Shown: piece by piece, positions 37,779-49,707 of the stretch
Layout of the letters: every line of letters starts with the position of its first letter
How positions within the stretch are numbered: position 1 is the first letter of the stretch
Source: Phoronis australis
Taxonomy: Eukaryota; Animalia; Phoronida
Length of the DNA stretch: 64,000 nucleotides
Assembly: GCA_002633005.1 (NCBI GenBank)
Contig: NMRA01000360.1
Location: 1-64,000 of the forward strand
Direction: 5' to 3'
Position numbers and translations under genes: made by a program
The notes under the pieces: generated by a model
Told to the model about the DNA's origin: nothing
Database searches by the model: none
The model's input: the letters and a program-made list of their open reading frames with translations, nothing else

Positions 37779-40700
37779 CTACTGTATTTTCCTCGCTGCT
37801 AGCTTTACGCCGTCTTCTAGAACTTGCATGTATCTATACGTCAGCGCGTCTCCGTACCTGAACATAACAAAGTGGGTATAACATGAATCAGGCTGGGGTC
37901 CGGGAATTTTAATACTTTGTAGTTTTACAATCTTTGGTGATGAAGGAATCTGAGTGTTATCAAAGATTCACGGGTAAGTGGGTAGGTAAAATATTTGTTT
38001 TTCACTGTTGGGAGTATTTATTTTCTGTTGCAAAATAAGGATTACATCGCTGAGGAATTCTAAATCATACACGAATTCACAATAGTTTCTCAAAAGGACA
38101 CCCAGAAAAACAACAACGAATGTACGAGTATTTGAAAATCAATACTTACAGACTGGCTTCCTCCATCAACTGTTCGTCAGTAACGCCCTCTTTGAAGAGA
38201 ACTTCGTTTAAATTGCGATGTGTCACAATGCTACCATCAGCTCGTTGAATGAGTATTTGAACGGGGAATCTATGGAAAAGCAAAAAATGCAAGTAGCGTG
38301 TTGTCGTGACGATGTAGGCCTCTGTCGGACTGCTTTTATTTCATTTGCTATCGACGTCATCGTTCGTCGACGGCTCTTCGGAAATGGAAACAAAAACTCA
38401 ATACCAAAGTTACATCTATGAGGCCATGATGTAATTTTCTTACGTGTACGCCTCCAACGTGATGTTAGCTAGTCTAGAGCCTTCTTTGTTCTTTTGGTAG
38501 TCTTTTTGCAGAAGTTCCAGGTCGTAGACAAAAGTCCAAGTACTGATGTACTTGTCTTCCAGCAACGAAAGAATGGGCAGACTCGCGAGTGGGCCATCGC
38601 GCAGAGTCCGCCCCGAACCTACAATAGAATGTCCAAAATATTGAAATTGGCTGTTATCAAACAATTCGTAACACTTTGAGTTAAAAGCTTTATGACACAT
38701 TTACGTGACTCATGTAAAGCATTTCTGTACGTATGAGAGAGACTGGAGGCAGAGAGAGGGAGGGAGGGGGAGAGAGGGAGGGAGGGAGNNNNNNNNNNNN
38801 NNNNNNNNNNNNNNNNNNNNNNNNNNNGGAGAGAGAGAGAGAGGGGGGGGGGGTAATTTAATTACCTCCGTTATAATAACTTTAAGAATCACCTTTTTGA
38901 ATGTACGAAAGAATTAACCTTAGCCAGGAAATTCATCTATTGCTGACAATTTTACAGTCGTCATTTCAGAAGTAATACGATGGCGATAATTGTAGTTGTG
39001 GTGTTGGTGGAAGTGACGTTGCTTATTTAAAACCGAGAAGTAAACACAAGTCTAACCTCAGCAGGACTGGTCGTCTAGCGCTCCCCAAATGGCAATGGAG
39101 TGCACGAGCTTATCTTCAGCCGCAGCTTGAGAAAATGCTTCTTCGAACGGATAATATTTTACCTGCAACAAAAAACGTATCATAGGCACAATCCAATGAA
39201 CTATAAGTCGCATGAAAGTGTGGCGCTTGTTTGTGTACAAATATGTCTACGTTGTGACGAAGTTGATCCGATGACTTTACACTGCCAGAAGCCACTGTAG
39301 AATTCATTTCACAAAATGCCAAACAATTTCGTCAAAGGTGCTCTTCATGGTTATCATGACCATTATAAGCTGATTTTATTCAAGTCCTTACAGTAGTGTA
39401 GTTCATTCAAATTCCTGGTGTTTGTTTAGGTAAAAATAAAGTTGAGCGGTTTAAATTTGAACGTTGAAAAAGACAAGACTATTTCACATCTACTTCCACC
39501 AACGACAAAAAAATTCAAAAACTAAATCTTCATAATTTCGACGAAAGCATTTCGCCAAGAAAATAGAAGATTTGTGTAACTTGCCTTCTTAAAGGGATAG
39601 AACGCTAACTCGAGCTCTGCTTGAGCCTCTTCCTCGGTGATTTGCTTTTGCCAGCGCTCGTGACCGGGTGAGGTTCCCGATGTAACGACCGACATTAGTG
39701 GAAGATGACCAATGTCTACTTCCATACCTTCGTCCTTTGTACTGGTCATCCATTCCATATCTAAAAGGAATCGAGTTTGTTGTAACAAAAAGCGAATGCC
39801 AAGACAAAGTTACATCGTACAGAGGTTGTAGGCAACAAGATAGAAAAAAGCTTGAAGAGGTGTAATCGATAAAAAAGACTTCATCCCCAGCAAACAAAAC
39901 ATATCTGCAGTTTCTAGAAAACTAAGTGACCGCAAAACCTGCGGTTTCGTTACGTCTACATTCTAGTGATACCGGGCTGGCTACCACGCCAATAAATGCT
40001 ATTAATGCATTGGAAAGCACTACAACGTGGGCCAATACTTACCTACATTGAGTAATCTATTATGAGGAACTTCCATTTTAAAGTGTTTGATACGCAGACC
40101 CGTCTTGGCTATGATGAGACTACCGTTGAACTGCGCAGGAGTAAACCAAAATGGCGGGGCTGGTGGCTCGTTCAGTTGAAACTCTGCATGAAAGCTGATA
40201 AGAAAGAATCAGACCACCTTCGCTTTTGATATAACATTGCTAAAAAACCATTCGTTTTAGGGTCCAAACACACTATGCCTAAAACTGCGTTGTGGCTGAG
40301 AATGAGATATCCTCACGGTCGTCGACCATTGAGGGCACAACTCAGCGATGCCCAACTCAAAGAGCTGTGTACACGGTCAAATAATCGTGCATTCCTGCTG
40401 TCAACTTTTTTACACCTACGAGTTCGTATGCGCGGAATATTTGATACGAGGCTCAATGAAACTGTGCTCCGTGTGTCACAATTAAAACGTAATAGCAGAG
40501 GCGCACCGTGAATGCTACCGTTCAGCAACGTCTTAGCTATACCGAAATAGTGCTAGCCCTCAAGAAATTGTGTACGACAATCCGATTGTCTCATATGACA
40601 GTCGTATACAAAAATCAGATCGAACAGATAGGGCTTTACAACAACGTGTGACAGATCGTCAATTTAATTCGGACATTGACCTTTGACTTAAATCGGCCTG

Positions 40701-43392
40701 TATATTATAAACAAACGTTTGGCACGTTAAATAAAGCATTTCTCACGCAAAATATTTTACCGGAAGCGGATATCGTAATATTCTTGGTTTACAGCTCTCA
40801 GTATTGCGTATCCACCCTTTGGTCCGAAACGCGGGGTGACAAAGGCATTTTTGTGCAGTAGTCTAAGCAGACGATACAGTGTGGCTTCTGCGCCTTTCAC
40901 TATTGGTGGGTAGTATCTGTTGCTTGGTAAATAATCATTAAAATCTGGAATTAAAGTACACGTAAGATTACCAAAACTGGCTAAAAAATGATCAAAACTG
41001 ACATACAGAACTAAAAATTACCTGCTTGACATTTTTGTTTAGGTAGTTTTGTCAGTGTACAAGTCGAAAAATGAGGACATTGCAACAGACACCAAGAGAG
41101 TGGTTATCACAGAGAAGATGGCGACGAAGGAAACTCCGGCAAGGGTCTTGTGAGCAACAGCTCGCGAGACCACCGGATCATCTAGAGTTCGACTTAGGAA
41201 TCTGGGCATAAAGAGCACTGGATCATACAGGATATCACGGAAGGCCCCGACAACAATGTTAAAATAGAAAATGGTAAATTTAATTTTTTATTCTAGCCGG
41301 AGGTGGGCAGCCTGGCACCCTGACCCCCTAAATTTGCCTATGAATAGTGTGGTATACCTGAATAAAGAGACCACGTCGATCCAACACCAACATCGCGAGT
41401 ACTTGGTAGAAATGTTTTAAATTCTGATGAATCTATCTCTCCTTTCTTCTCCCTTGCAGTTTCCCAGCCTTTCAGACCCACTAAGAAGGGACCAGCATCC
41501 TAAAATTATTTAGTGACTTATCACGTGACTTAGGTCTATACACTGCCGTATGCCGACGCTTTTGTGTGTTTTGCCCATTCTGCTTTGAGGTGGTGATGTA
41601 ACAACATGTCTAAAATCTATTGGTCTATTTATGCCAACCTTTAGCCTATTTACAATGGCACGACGTTTCGGTCGGTCATTTCTCCGGACATTTTCAGGTG
41701 TTATGGCGTTTTTAGAAGAACGAGCACGGGTTTCTCACATATTTATGGTGGGCACAGGAAAAACATAATCTAAGTGCCCACCAAGATTATATCTGATACC
41801 CGTCCTCGTTCTTTTAATAAAGATATAACATCTGAAGGTAACCGGAGAAATGATCAACCGAAACGTCGTGCCAATGTAAAAAGGTAGAGACGTAAATAGA
41901 ACAAGAGCTTTCAGACATGATCTTGGCTACAATTGTGCAACAGATGTATCAAGTTTCACGGACTTAATAATTCGTGTCTCATTCTGGACACAGGAGCATT
42001 TTCACATACAGTCACACGGGCATAAATACGGCCATAGACAGGTGTGAATTAATTTATATTTGAATCTAGACAAATTGCACATGCAAAGCTGAATCTCGTA
42101 TGCCACAGGTATTCAAGGAAAGGCCTACACCACTTTTAAACGCTAAAACAAAACTCTATATAATATACAATGTAAGTAATGCGATTACATACTGTATGTG
42201 ATGCTTTAAGAAACTTTTATCAGCCTGATCGTTTAAAACAGCGCAGAGAAAATTAAACAGCAAAAACTAAAATATATGGATAGAGATATTGAATTTGCCG
42301 TTTCAGAACACAAATCGACGAAAATTGTACCTTCTGCGCTTATAATCAGGAATTTTTTTCTTATTATAAGCTCATCAAGAGTTTATTGTTTTCTAGCATG
42401 ACATTCAAAATGCAACATTTTCTAGGAGGTTCTAGGATGGCAGGAGAGGTCCCCCGGCTTCAATTTCTGAAGGACGAATGTTTACAACAGCCCAGAAGCA
42501 CCGCATCCCTGCACTGCTTTTTGGTCATGTCCGAAAGGGGGGTCCCTGAACTCGCCAAACCCGCTTGTGATGTTAATTATATCAATATAGGCCACATAGT
42601 TCTGTGTCTATTATTAGATGCTCCTGTATTGACCCGTTCTGCAGATACCTATGCAGTCTACATTTGTCAAAAAGAAATCACTTATTACCATAAACGACGC
42701 AACGTCTTTAGATATCCTCATGGTGTTTATTTCGAGCGGCTTGAAGGACGTTTCTAAAGTGATCGCCTTGCCGTCACCTTTTGATCTCTGTGAGGGCGGA
42801 ACCTAAAATATTCGTATGTCGGAATTTTTGCCAACAAGCATATATTTTAAATGCAAACATGAAAGTTGCTACATGAACGCGGTATCTGCACCTTTAAATT
42901 ATTGCTTTTAGCAGGAAGAGATAACCAGGATATCTCTTCCTGCTTTTAGTCAGTTCTCGGCACTTTGAAGACAACTTGCGCAAACTTTCTAAAGGTGAAA
43001 TACAGCTCAAGCGTTATCCTCAACATCAAGGTCTATTAGCGTGCTTGCTTAAGAAACAAACCTTTATGACAACAAATGCCAGACATTTAAAACAATCTTA
43101 CCACACCCGTTAGCCTTTCAACCAACGGAGCGAACTCTTCAACGCTTAGCTGCCTGTCTTCATTTAAATCAACAGCATTGAACAGGAACTTTCCTTTCTC
43201 CCCTAAAACCATGTACAAGTCGTCTTCATATGGCGTACGTCTATTTATCACGTAGACACCTGCAGCCACAATGACGCTTACTAAGGATAAACATATTATT
43301 ACTTGTGACGAGTATATACTAATTTCAATTTCTTTCCTTTCTGACGGTTCTTTTTTCTTGACGGACGTTCCAGCAGCGTCACCTTCAGCCAT
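37779..43392 (-). CDS. SELENON: Selenoprotein N; 10 exons, 512 aa, in-frame UGA = Sec
   Basis: Exons (minus): 43392-43102, 42802-42689, 41499-41358, 40944-40761, 40194-40043, 39760-39585, 39162-39057, 38618-38444, 38269-38150, 37857-37779 (TAG); 1539 nt, in frame. N-terminal TM segment, EF-hand [95 protein letters not shown] all match the SelN family. Confidence 0.95.
38575..38613 (-). promoter_or_regulatory. Selenocysteine redefinition element (SRE)-like stem-loop in coding sequence
   Basis: GGGCGGACUC pairs with GAGUCUGCCC (10 bp, one G-U), plus an inner GCG/CGC pairing. It starts 6 nt after the UGA in the spliced mRNA, as the vertebrate SELENON SRE does. Confidence 0.8.
38750..38853. repeat. 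(GA)/(GGGA) purine microsatellite with assembly gap, in the intron after the Sec codon
   Basis: gagagagggagggagggg...N-run...gagagagaga gggggggg. Confidence 0.85.
39058..39060 (-). other. SELENON: Selenocysteine UGA codon of SELENON
   Basis: TGC TGA G|gttag...ag|GT TCG GGG CGG ACT gives C-U-G-S-G-R-T, the SelN SCUG redox motif; homology continues in frame for three more exons. Confidence 0.93.
41605..41919. mobile_element. Fold-back (inverted) repeat with a degenerate hammerhead-like motif in each arm; probable inverted Penelope pLTR remnant
   Basis: Arms of ~150 bp around an 18-nt loop (41756-41773): tggcacgacgtttcggtcggtcatttctccgg versus ccggagaaatgatcaaccgaaacgtcgtgcca; ctgaag/ctgaaa...cgaaacgtc motif in each arm. 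Confidence 0.6.
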
Positions 43393-44366
43393 GGCGACTA
43401 CTAACGCGTCGAATGCTGCGGCGGTGTAGCAGTAGCCAGCCTCTTTATAAATATTCTTCAAACAAAGACAAGTGAAAAATACGTGACGATTCGAACGTTG
43501 TAGCCTGTGGGAATGTCGTGCATGTGTAATCGTGTTATCTGCGCTGGTTTTCAAAACTGATATGTAGACCTACCATCTAATACAGTGTCATGCGCAATGG
43601 CTCGATTACATCGACGCCAGACTATTTTGGGCACTTACGAGCTCGAAGGCTAAAAGATACGAAATATGGCACTTTGGCAGCTCTCTTATTTCCGTAATAA
43701 ATGCACCGGGCATTTATTGACACTCCCAAGGTGAAACATGAAAAATCATTAAGACAATTATTAGTGTTTCTTGGTTTACGCCAACAGTTAAGAAGTTGTC
43801 AGTTTGTAGCGACCTTGGTATTAGTAGACGCCAAATGCTGGTTCTCAATGAATGACACACCTCGCAATGATAACACCGCTCGAATGTCGTCTGCGCACAA
43901 CATTTGTTGTTTTTACGGCAATTGCCGGGGTTCACCATTTGGTGTATCCGTGAGTAAGTTCTTTGGTTCAGTATCGAAGTCCCTAATTACTAACTCAGCC
44001 GAAACAAGAAAAACGCTAAAAGCACACAAAGTAAGACGTATCATCATTTCACAAATAATGTGCAGTTTAAGCAGTTCAAAGCGTTTCCCTGAGTTATCAA
44101 TTAGCAATTGGATTATCTCTTTATTGGATACAAATACCTTTTCCTCAGATCCTGCTTCACTCGGCAAATAAAACACGTGAAAACAATTGTGTCATGAATG
44201 TCGCGATTGTACATTTCTAAATGAATATCGTATTTTAATCTATTTTGTTTGGAGATATACCCCCCCCCCCCCACCCATCGATCTACGTCACAGTCTTATG
44301 AGAGCTATCTTGCTCCATTTTCACTATATCGTCTTAACATTCCACTCTAGCTCCCCTTCAATCAAC

Positions 44367-46283
44367 ATGAAGGTACTTTTGTGCTTAGCGCTTGTTGTCG
44401 TCTGCGTGTATGCTGCGCCTAAATTCACTACTGAGGACCTAAAGGCTCTCGCCAACTTGAGATGGTCTGATCTTCCCGTGCAACTCCGGCAGCACATCTT
44501 GGCTGGGAGAAAACACCGTGCAGGAGACAACAGGTAACAAACTAATTAACCTGTTTCTCATGGAACAGACGCTCTCATATTAACGTCCCGATATTTAGCT
44601 TCAAACCAATTTTCGCTAGATTTCTTCAAAATGTATTGAAGAGTATTATTGTAATCCCATGCATTTAGAAAATTTACAATTCCGTTCGCGATCCTATTCA
44701 CCCACTTGTTTATCCTACCGTACAGCTACCGTTACTTGTCACGATATCCCGCTTTCTAATTTACACCATGCCGAAGCCTACTTCTCATTCCCCCAACCAA
44801 CAACTTTCCCAGCACCACGACTCAAAAAAACCTCCCGGAACATGAGATCGAGGAAAACTTACAATTACTAGGTAATGCTTTCTTTAAACATGTCTTCAAT
44901 TAATTCCCTTCCAGTCATTGGTGTTGCGCTAACGACCAGCCCATACAGTCAATACAGAGGACGAAGATTAACGTAGAATACAGTCTCGTCCACACTAAAA
45001 TCAAGATCGGCTACACCAAATGCGGTTTCCTCAGTACCGGAAGTTGTTCTCTTTACGAAGTGCGCTACAGGTATCGTGTCGTTCTCAGATGCTACTGACT
45101 AGAACATTTTTAGTATAACGCTTATTTTGCATAATTCAAAAAATGACCCACAAAGAACGAGGGTGAATTGAAAAACTAATTTGCGTGAAACAAATGAGAA
45201 AACTTGTGCTCTTCGCTATGCGTAGCCACTGGTAGATTCTACTTCATTCGCGGTGTATCAGATATGATCACAAGCAAAGCAAGTGATCTCATTAGCGTTT
45301 AGTCACGAGTATCCCGCGCTACGGCACGTGTGAGCCAATCTTTGCACCCTTACAAACTGGCTTCTATATTTACTTTTCATCAATTTAGGTCGGAGCCCAA
45401 GTATAGTATCGGTGTTTATGAAGTACCCAACAAGAATGCTTGTCCCGATCAACATGTAAAATGCTGTAAAGGTTACGTACTTATTGCGAAAGAAAACTGT
45501 ATTGGTAAGTTAGGTAGTGGGTGGAGGCATATTAAACCATATTTGGTGATTTCAACTAAAATTTTTGCTCCGTTTGATATTGTATCTTCCTTAAAAGAAC
45601 ATTTCAACTAAAACACGTCATCACTGTGTTACCTGTGAAAATTATGTTTCGAGGTGGGCGGTCTCTTCCCAGATTGTTGATTAACTCACCCAAAACCCTT
45701 GTCGGTCGATTTTGCAGATTTCTTACAGAGATTTAACCTGGTTCCAAACTTAACGTACATGACTTGTTTCAAGTCTTCGTTAGTATCTTTAAAAGGTTTA
45801 GTGTCCCTTTAAGAGAGGATGCATTTTATTCTACATCATGCCTTTCCACAATCTTTTTCTTGATTAGTGTTTTTGGATGTGTAAGCACATCGTAAATTGT
45901 ATGTTATTATAGTTTTGTTAAAGAGATGACGCGACAGTGGGATGAAATCGCAGCCTACAACTGACAGTGGCTGTATTTGATTGGCGTCGCCGATTCTGCC
46001 GGGTAAACCGGATAAGGCATCTGATTGGTCTGTAAGCTGGAAGTCAGATGCCTCAGCCGGTTGTTCCGTCAATCAAGTACAACCATTCTCAGTTACAATA
46101 GCCAGTATCAAAACACTTAGGCCTACGTAAGAGGTCCTTATAAAGCGTGAATGCCCGCTAAGTTATAATGGAATGATTATTCCCTATTCACTTAGTATTC
46201 TCTTTTCAGATGTTGCAACTGCTGGAGAACATTTTGAAACACTGAAGAAGTTGATTGATGCTGGACTCATCGGTCGCATTTGA
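44367..46283 (+). CDS. Secreted cysteine-rich EMI-like-domain protein, paralog A (170 aa, 4 exons)
   Basis: Exons 44367-44533, 44915-45070, 45389-45504, 46210-46283; intron phases 2,2,1. MKVLLCLALVVVCVYA-APKF...GRKHRAGDNSHWCCANDQP...GYTKCGFLSTGSCSLYEVRYRSEPKY...NACPDQHVKCCKGYVLIAKENCIDVATAGEHFETLKKLIDAGLIGRI*. AATAAA at ~46319. Confidence 0.85.
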
Positions 46284-46408
46284 ATCAGCATTATATAATG
46301 TAATAACGTTTACGTGAAAATAAAATTCTTTGTTCGGTAAACATACGTATTAGAGCACTTATTGCTTTTGGAAAAAGGCACACCTCTTGAAATATCCATG
46401 GACATTAT

Positions 46409-46565
46409 CAGTGGCGGATTTAGAGGGGGGCCAAGGGGACCATGCCCCCCCTAAAACTCTCCCAGATTCCATTTGGCAATTGGGGGGTGCGTATGTCTGA
46501 CGAGCAAAATCCTGGCTAATACTATGCCCTGGCCCCCCTAACTAAAAATCCTGGATCCGCCCCTG
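46409..46565. mobile_element. Short GC-rich MITE (cagtggcggat...atccgcccctg); related copies at ~34189-34331 and fragments near 41300 and 52070-52190
   Basis: Terminal inverted match, ATTAT on both flanks, internal tgtctga.g.gca.aatcctggctaatac shared with 34260-34331. Confidence 0.65.
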
Positions 46566-48317
46566 ATTATGTCCCTTACATTTCCCACTGGGAACTGCGA
46601 TCCCAGCCGACGCCAAAAAGCTAAAGTAAATGAATAAATTTAACCTCAGTAATCAAAGGAAGGGGTTGACAGTAGGATTTATTCCCCTACTTTAAAATTG
46701 ATGAACCACCATGTAGTGATGAATTTCTGTTCACCAAATGTGAATTAGGGACAAGTGGAGGTCGCTTTCTCGCTTTCCTGGCATTACCCTAGAGAGCGCC
46801 AATACGAAAAGTCAGCTATGGTCACTCGAATTAACTCAATTCAGAAGTTGTGTCAACTTAAGCCAGTCAAATTGTGCCTGTGTAGAGAAAAGAAAATGTT
46901 TCTGTTGCTGGCGGTCCTTATAAAGACCAACTCAACAAACAAAGAAATTTTATGTAAGAACACATGCATTCATCAAGTGGTTTTCGCTATTGAATCTGCA
47001 CCCAGTTACTGAAGATGATATACTTCCGAATGTATTTTTCCATTCTTGTTTTGAAGAATTATTATTAAGATGAAATATACCTTAAGCGATTTTTAATAAA
47101 AGATTGGAAACAGGACATCTTTTAAACAAGAGAAATCACGGTGACTATGAAGTCTTTGCTTTCAGCAATATGAAGCTGAGAATTTAAAAGAATTTACGAT
47201 AAAACTTTTTTATGGAGTGTTAACTAGGTCAAGCCAAAGTTGAAAATTGGAGGTTCGAGTAAAACAAGTAAGTGGAGGTGAATCTTCCCGATAAAGCAAT
47301 CAGTGAATGTCATTCGGTTCATGGCGATAGATCCAAAGCACGGGACTTTCTCCCAAAGATGTCGCTGCATTGGACTTCATTCGTTGCAGTTCATCAATAC
47401 TATACGCCAAACTTTCTTCCACTTTCTCCTACCGGGGCAGCACCGCATCGGGCTCTCCTGAAGAGAAAGTGCTCGAGTTCTTTTTAGCCACACAATTGGT
47501 TAATTCCTCATTGCTCATCTTCATTTACATAACGAGAACTGCTTATGCAAAATAACACGAAAAAACTAATTTCACTAGATGGCAGCACTTCCATCGCTCT
47601 TTCAGCGTACGCCGCGTAAGCCTGATCAATAATGGCATTTGATTGTTTCGTGAAATGGATCTTGCCTTTGAAAAGCCAGTCAAACGTATTTGTTGGTTGA
47701 CCCGGCAAGCGTATCCGAACTGAGTTCCATAGAGCAATTTCTCACGGGAAAAGCAAGATCACATAAATCTTCGTGAAACATCGCCGTGCATTACCATGAG
47801 CGAATCACGTGGTTACGCTAGCTTTACTTCGCGAGTGCCTTGCGTCCACAGAACCCAACCATGCATGCTTTGCAGAATAGCGCATCGTAGTGGCATGCAA
47901 ATGGTGGGTTTTAGGAGTGAAAAATATTTTTGTGTGTAATTTTCGTAGTCATTTTTCGTTCCAATAATGATAAAATGTGAAACAATCCTGTTTGGGATCA
48001 CTTTTATTGGACTTCGAGCAAGATTTCATTAAGTCTTAACCCAGCTTTAGATTTTGTACATCCTTTGGAAAAGAGAGTAGGGTCAAATGAAATTTGATTT
48101 ACTGTTGAAAATAACGAACTGTTGCCGAAGGCTCAATTAAAACCAGGGATGTGAGGGCCACTATTGACGAGACGTTAATTGCAGGCTCACATTTGTCATT
48201 TTCTGCTGCTGGCGAAAGTGCTGGCGCAAACACCAGCATTTTAACAGACAGACCAGTCATATCACATTTCATAATTTACTTTTTAGACGTAGGATTACTT
48301 TTAAGCACAAAACGTGA

Positions 48318-48810
48318 AAACCCCTTCGGAAACTTTCCAATATGCTGTGTAAACTGAAGTCACCCATCCCTTTATTGAACAAGAGCAATGTTGTGTATAA
48401 GGTTGAATGTGACAACTGTAAGGAATTCTATATGTGACTCACACAGAGACGCCTCTGTGACAGGTTGAAAGAACATCACACCTCAGAGAAAAGTAACATA
48501 TATAGGCATTGTATTAGCTACAATCACCAAGCCAACTCTGTTAGCATTATCTGCAGAGAACCTAATAAGGAGTTACTGTACATTAAAGAGTCATTGGCCA
48601 TTCAGAACCAGCATGCCACTGATTCTCTGAATAACATGCAGAGCTCTGTGACCCTGCAACTATGGTGATGACCAGCTACTGACATATTCTATGTATCTCT
48701 CACTTCACTCTATGGATGTTACCTGAGCTGTATGTTGGCACTTGTTGTCCTAAATTGTTGTAAATATGATCCTGATGATGTCTAATGAAAAGACGAAACG
48801 TTGAATTGAA
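48318..48810 (+). mobile_element. Penelope-like retroelement 3' remnant: GIY-YIG endonuclease pseudogene plus hammerhead-like motif
   Basis: KPLRKLSNMLCKLKSPIPLLNKSNVVYKVECDNCKEFYM*LTQRRLCDRLKEH...YRH...IKESLAI...LN (VVY...YIG-type with the Gly codon changed to TGA); downstream ctgatga-tgtct-aatgaaa-agac-gaaacgtt at 48772-48803. Confidence 0.8.
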
Positions 48811-49707
48811 CATGAACGTTTTTATTTGTGCGGCGATCGTCCGGTTTTTGATCTTATTGTGGCCAAAAACTGATTTAAAAAACGTGAAATATACCTGATC
48901 ATGCCTTTTAGACAACACAGAAACGTTTCACTGTCGAAGTCACGACATCTTAACAGAGAGGCCAAGTGTTTTGTTTACAAAATAGCTAAATAAAATGTCA
49001 ACGAGCGTTCCTCACTCCATAAATCGCAGACTTCAGAATATTAATTAAGATATCCCGATCGCCAGTTTTTGCTTATTGTTATTGGTTTTGGCAAGGCTGT
49101 CCGATGACATGACAAGTTTTCGGCTGTCGTCTTTCGACGGAATTTGTGATCTTTCAATATTTTTGTGAAAAATTAGCAACCCCAGCATTTCAACAACAAC
49201 AGCGACGACGACGACGACAACAACAACGGACAACAAAAAGAACACCAGTAGTATCCAGATAAGCCTATTTGTTTAAAAGCCGGTCATCGGACTCGGTGTC
49301 ATTTCTTCATACTAACATCTGATTTTATGTAAAACATTGGCCACTATATTCAATTTTTACTACCCAGTGATATAAAAGATTGTAAAGACGGTATTGATAA
49401 AATAGCTACCAACCTATGATAATGTCCGATAAATATTTAAGGGAAATCAAGCAGGATAAGTGTACCTCTGAAATTCTAGGAACTTATCAAGAGATGTTCA
49501 TACCCATGGCCTCAAGTTAACGACCATTTCAGTTGTCCATTCAGAATTGCCAGCGTCAATCACACCTTTATGTGATTAGCTCATAAACTAACAAACAACA
49601 CGTGCGCTACCTATCGCTGTGAAAAGACATTTGTTTCACCCCTGATCATTTCGATATCAGTTCAACATTCCTTTCCACGTCTCTTCATTTCCAAAACGAT
49701 AAACAAA

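Noticed and set aside
43701-44176. 156-aa plus ORF and overlapping minus ORFs between SELENON and paralog A
   Set aside because: No splice structure or recognisable domain; at best a faint resemblance to a decayed hAT transposase C-terminus, too weak to call.
48434-48436. In-frame TGA in the GIY-YIG fragment as a second Sec codon
   Set aside because: It replaces the Gly of the YIG motif, not a Cys, in a truncated retroelement, and no SECIS is evident.
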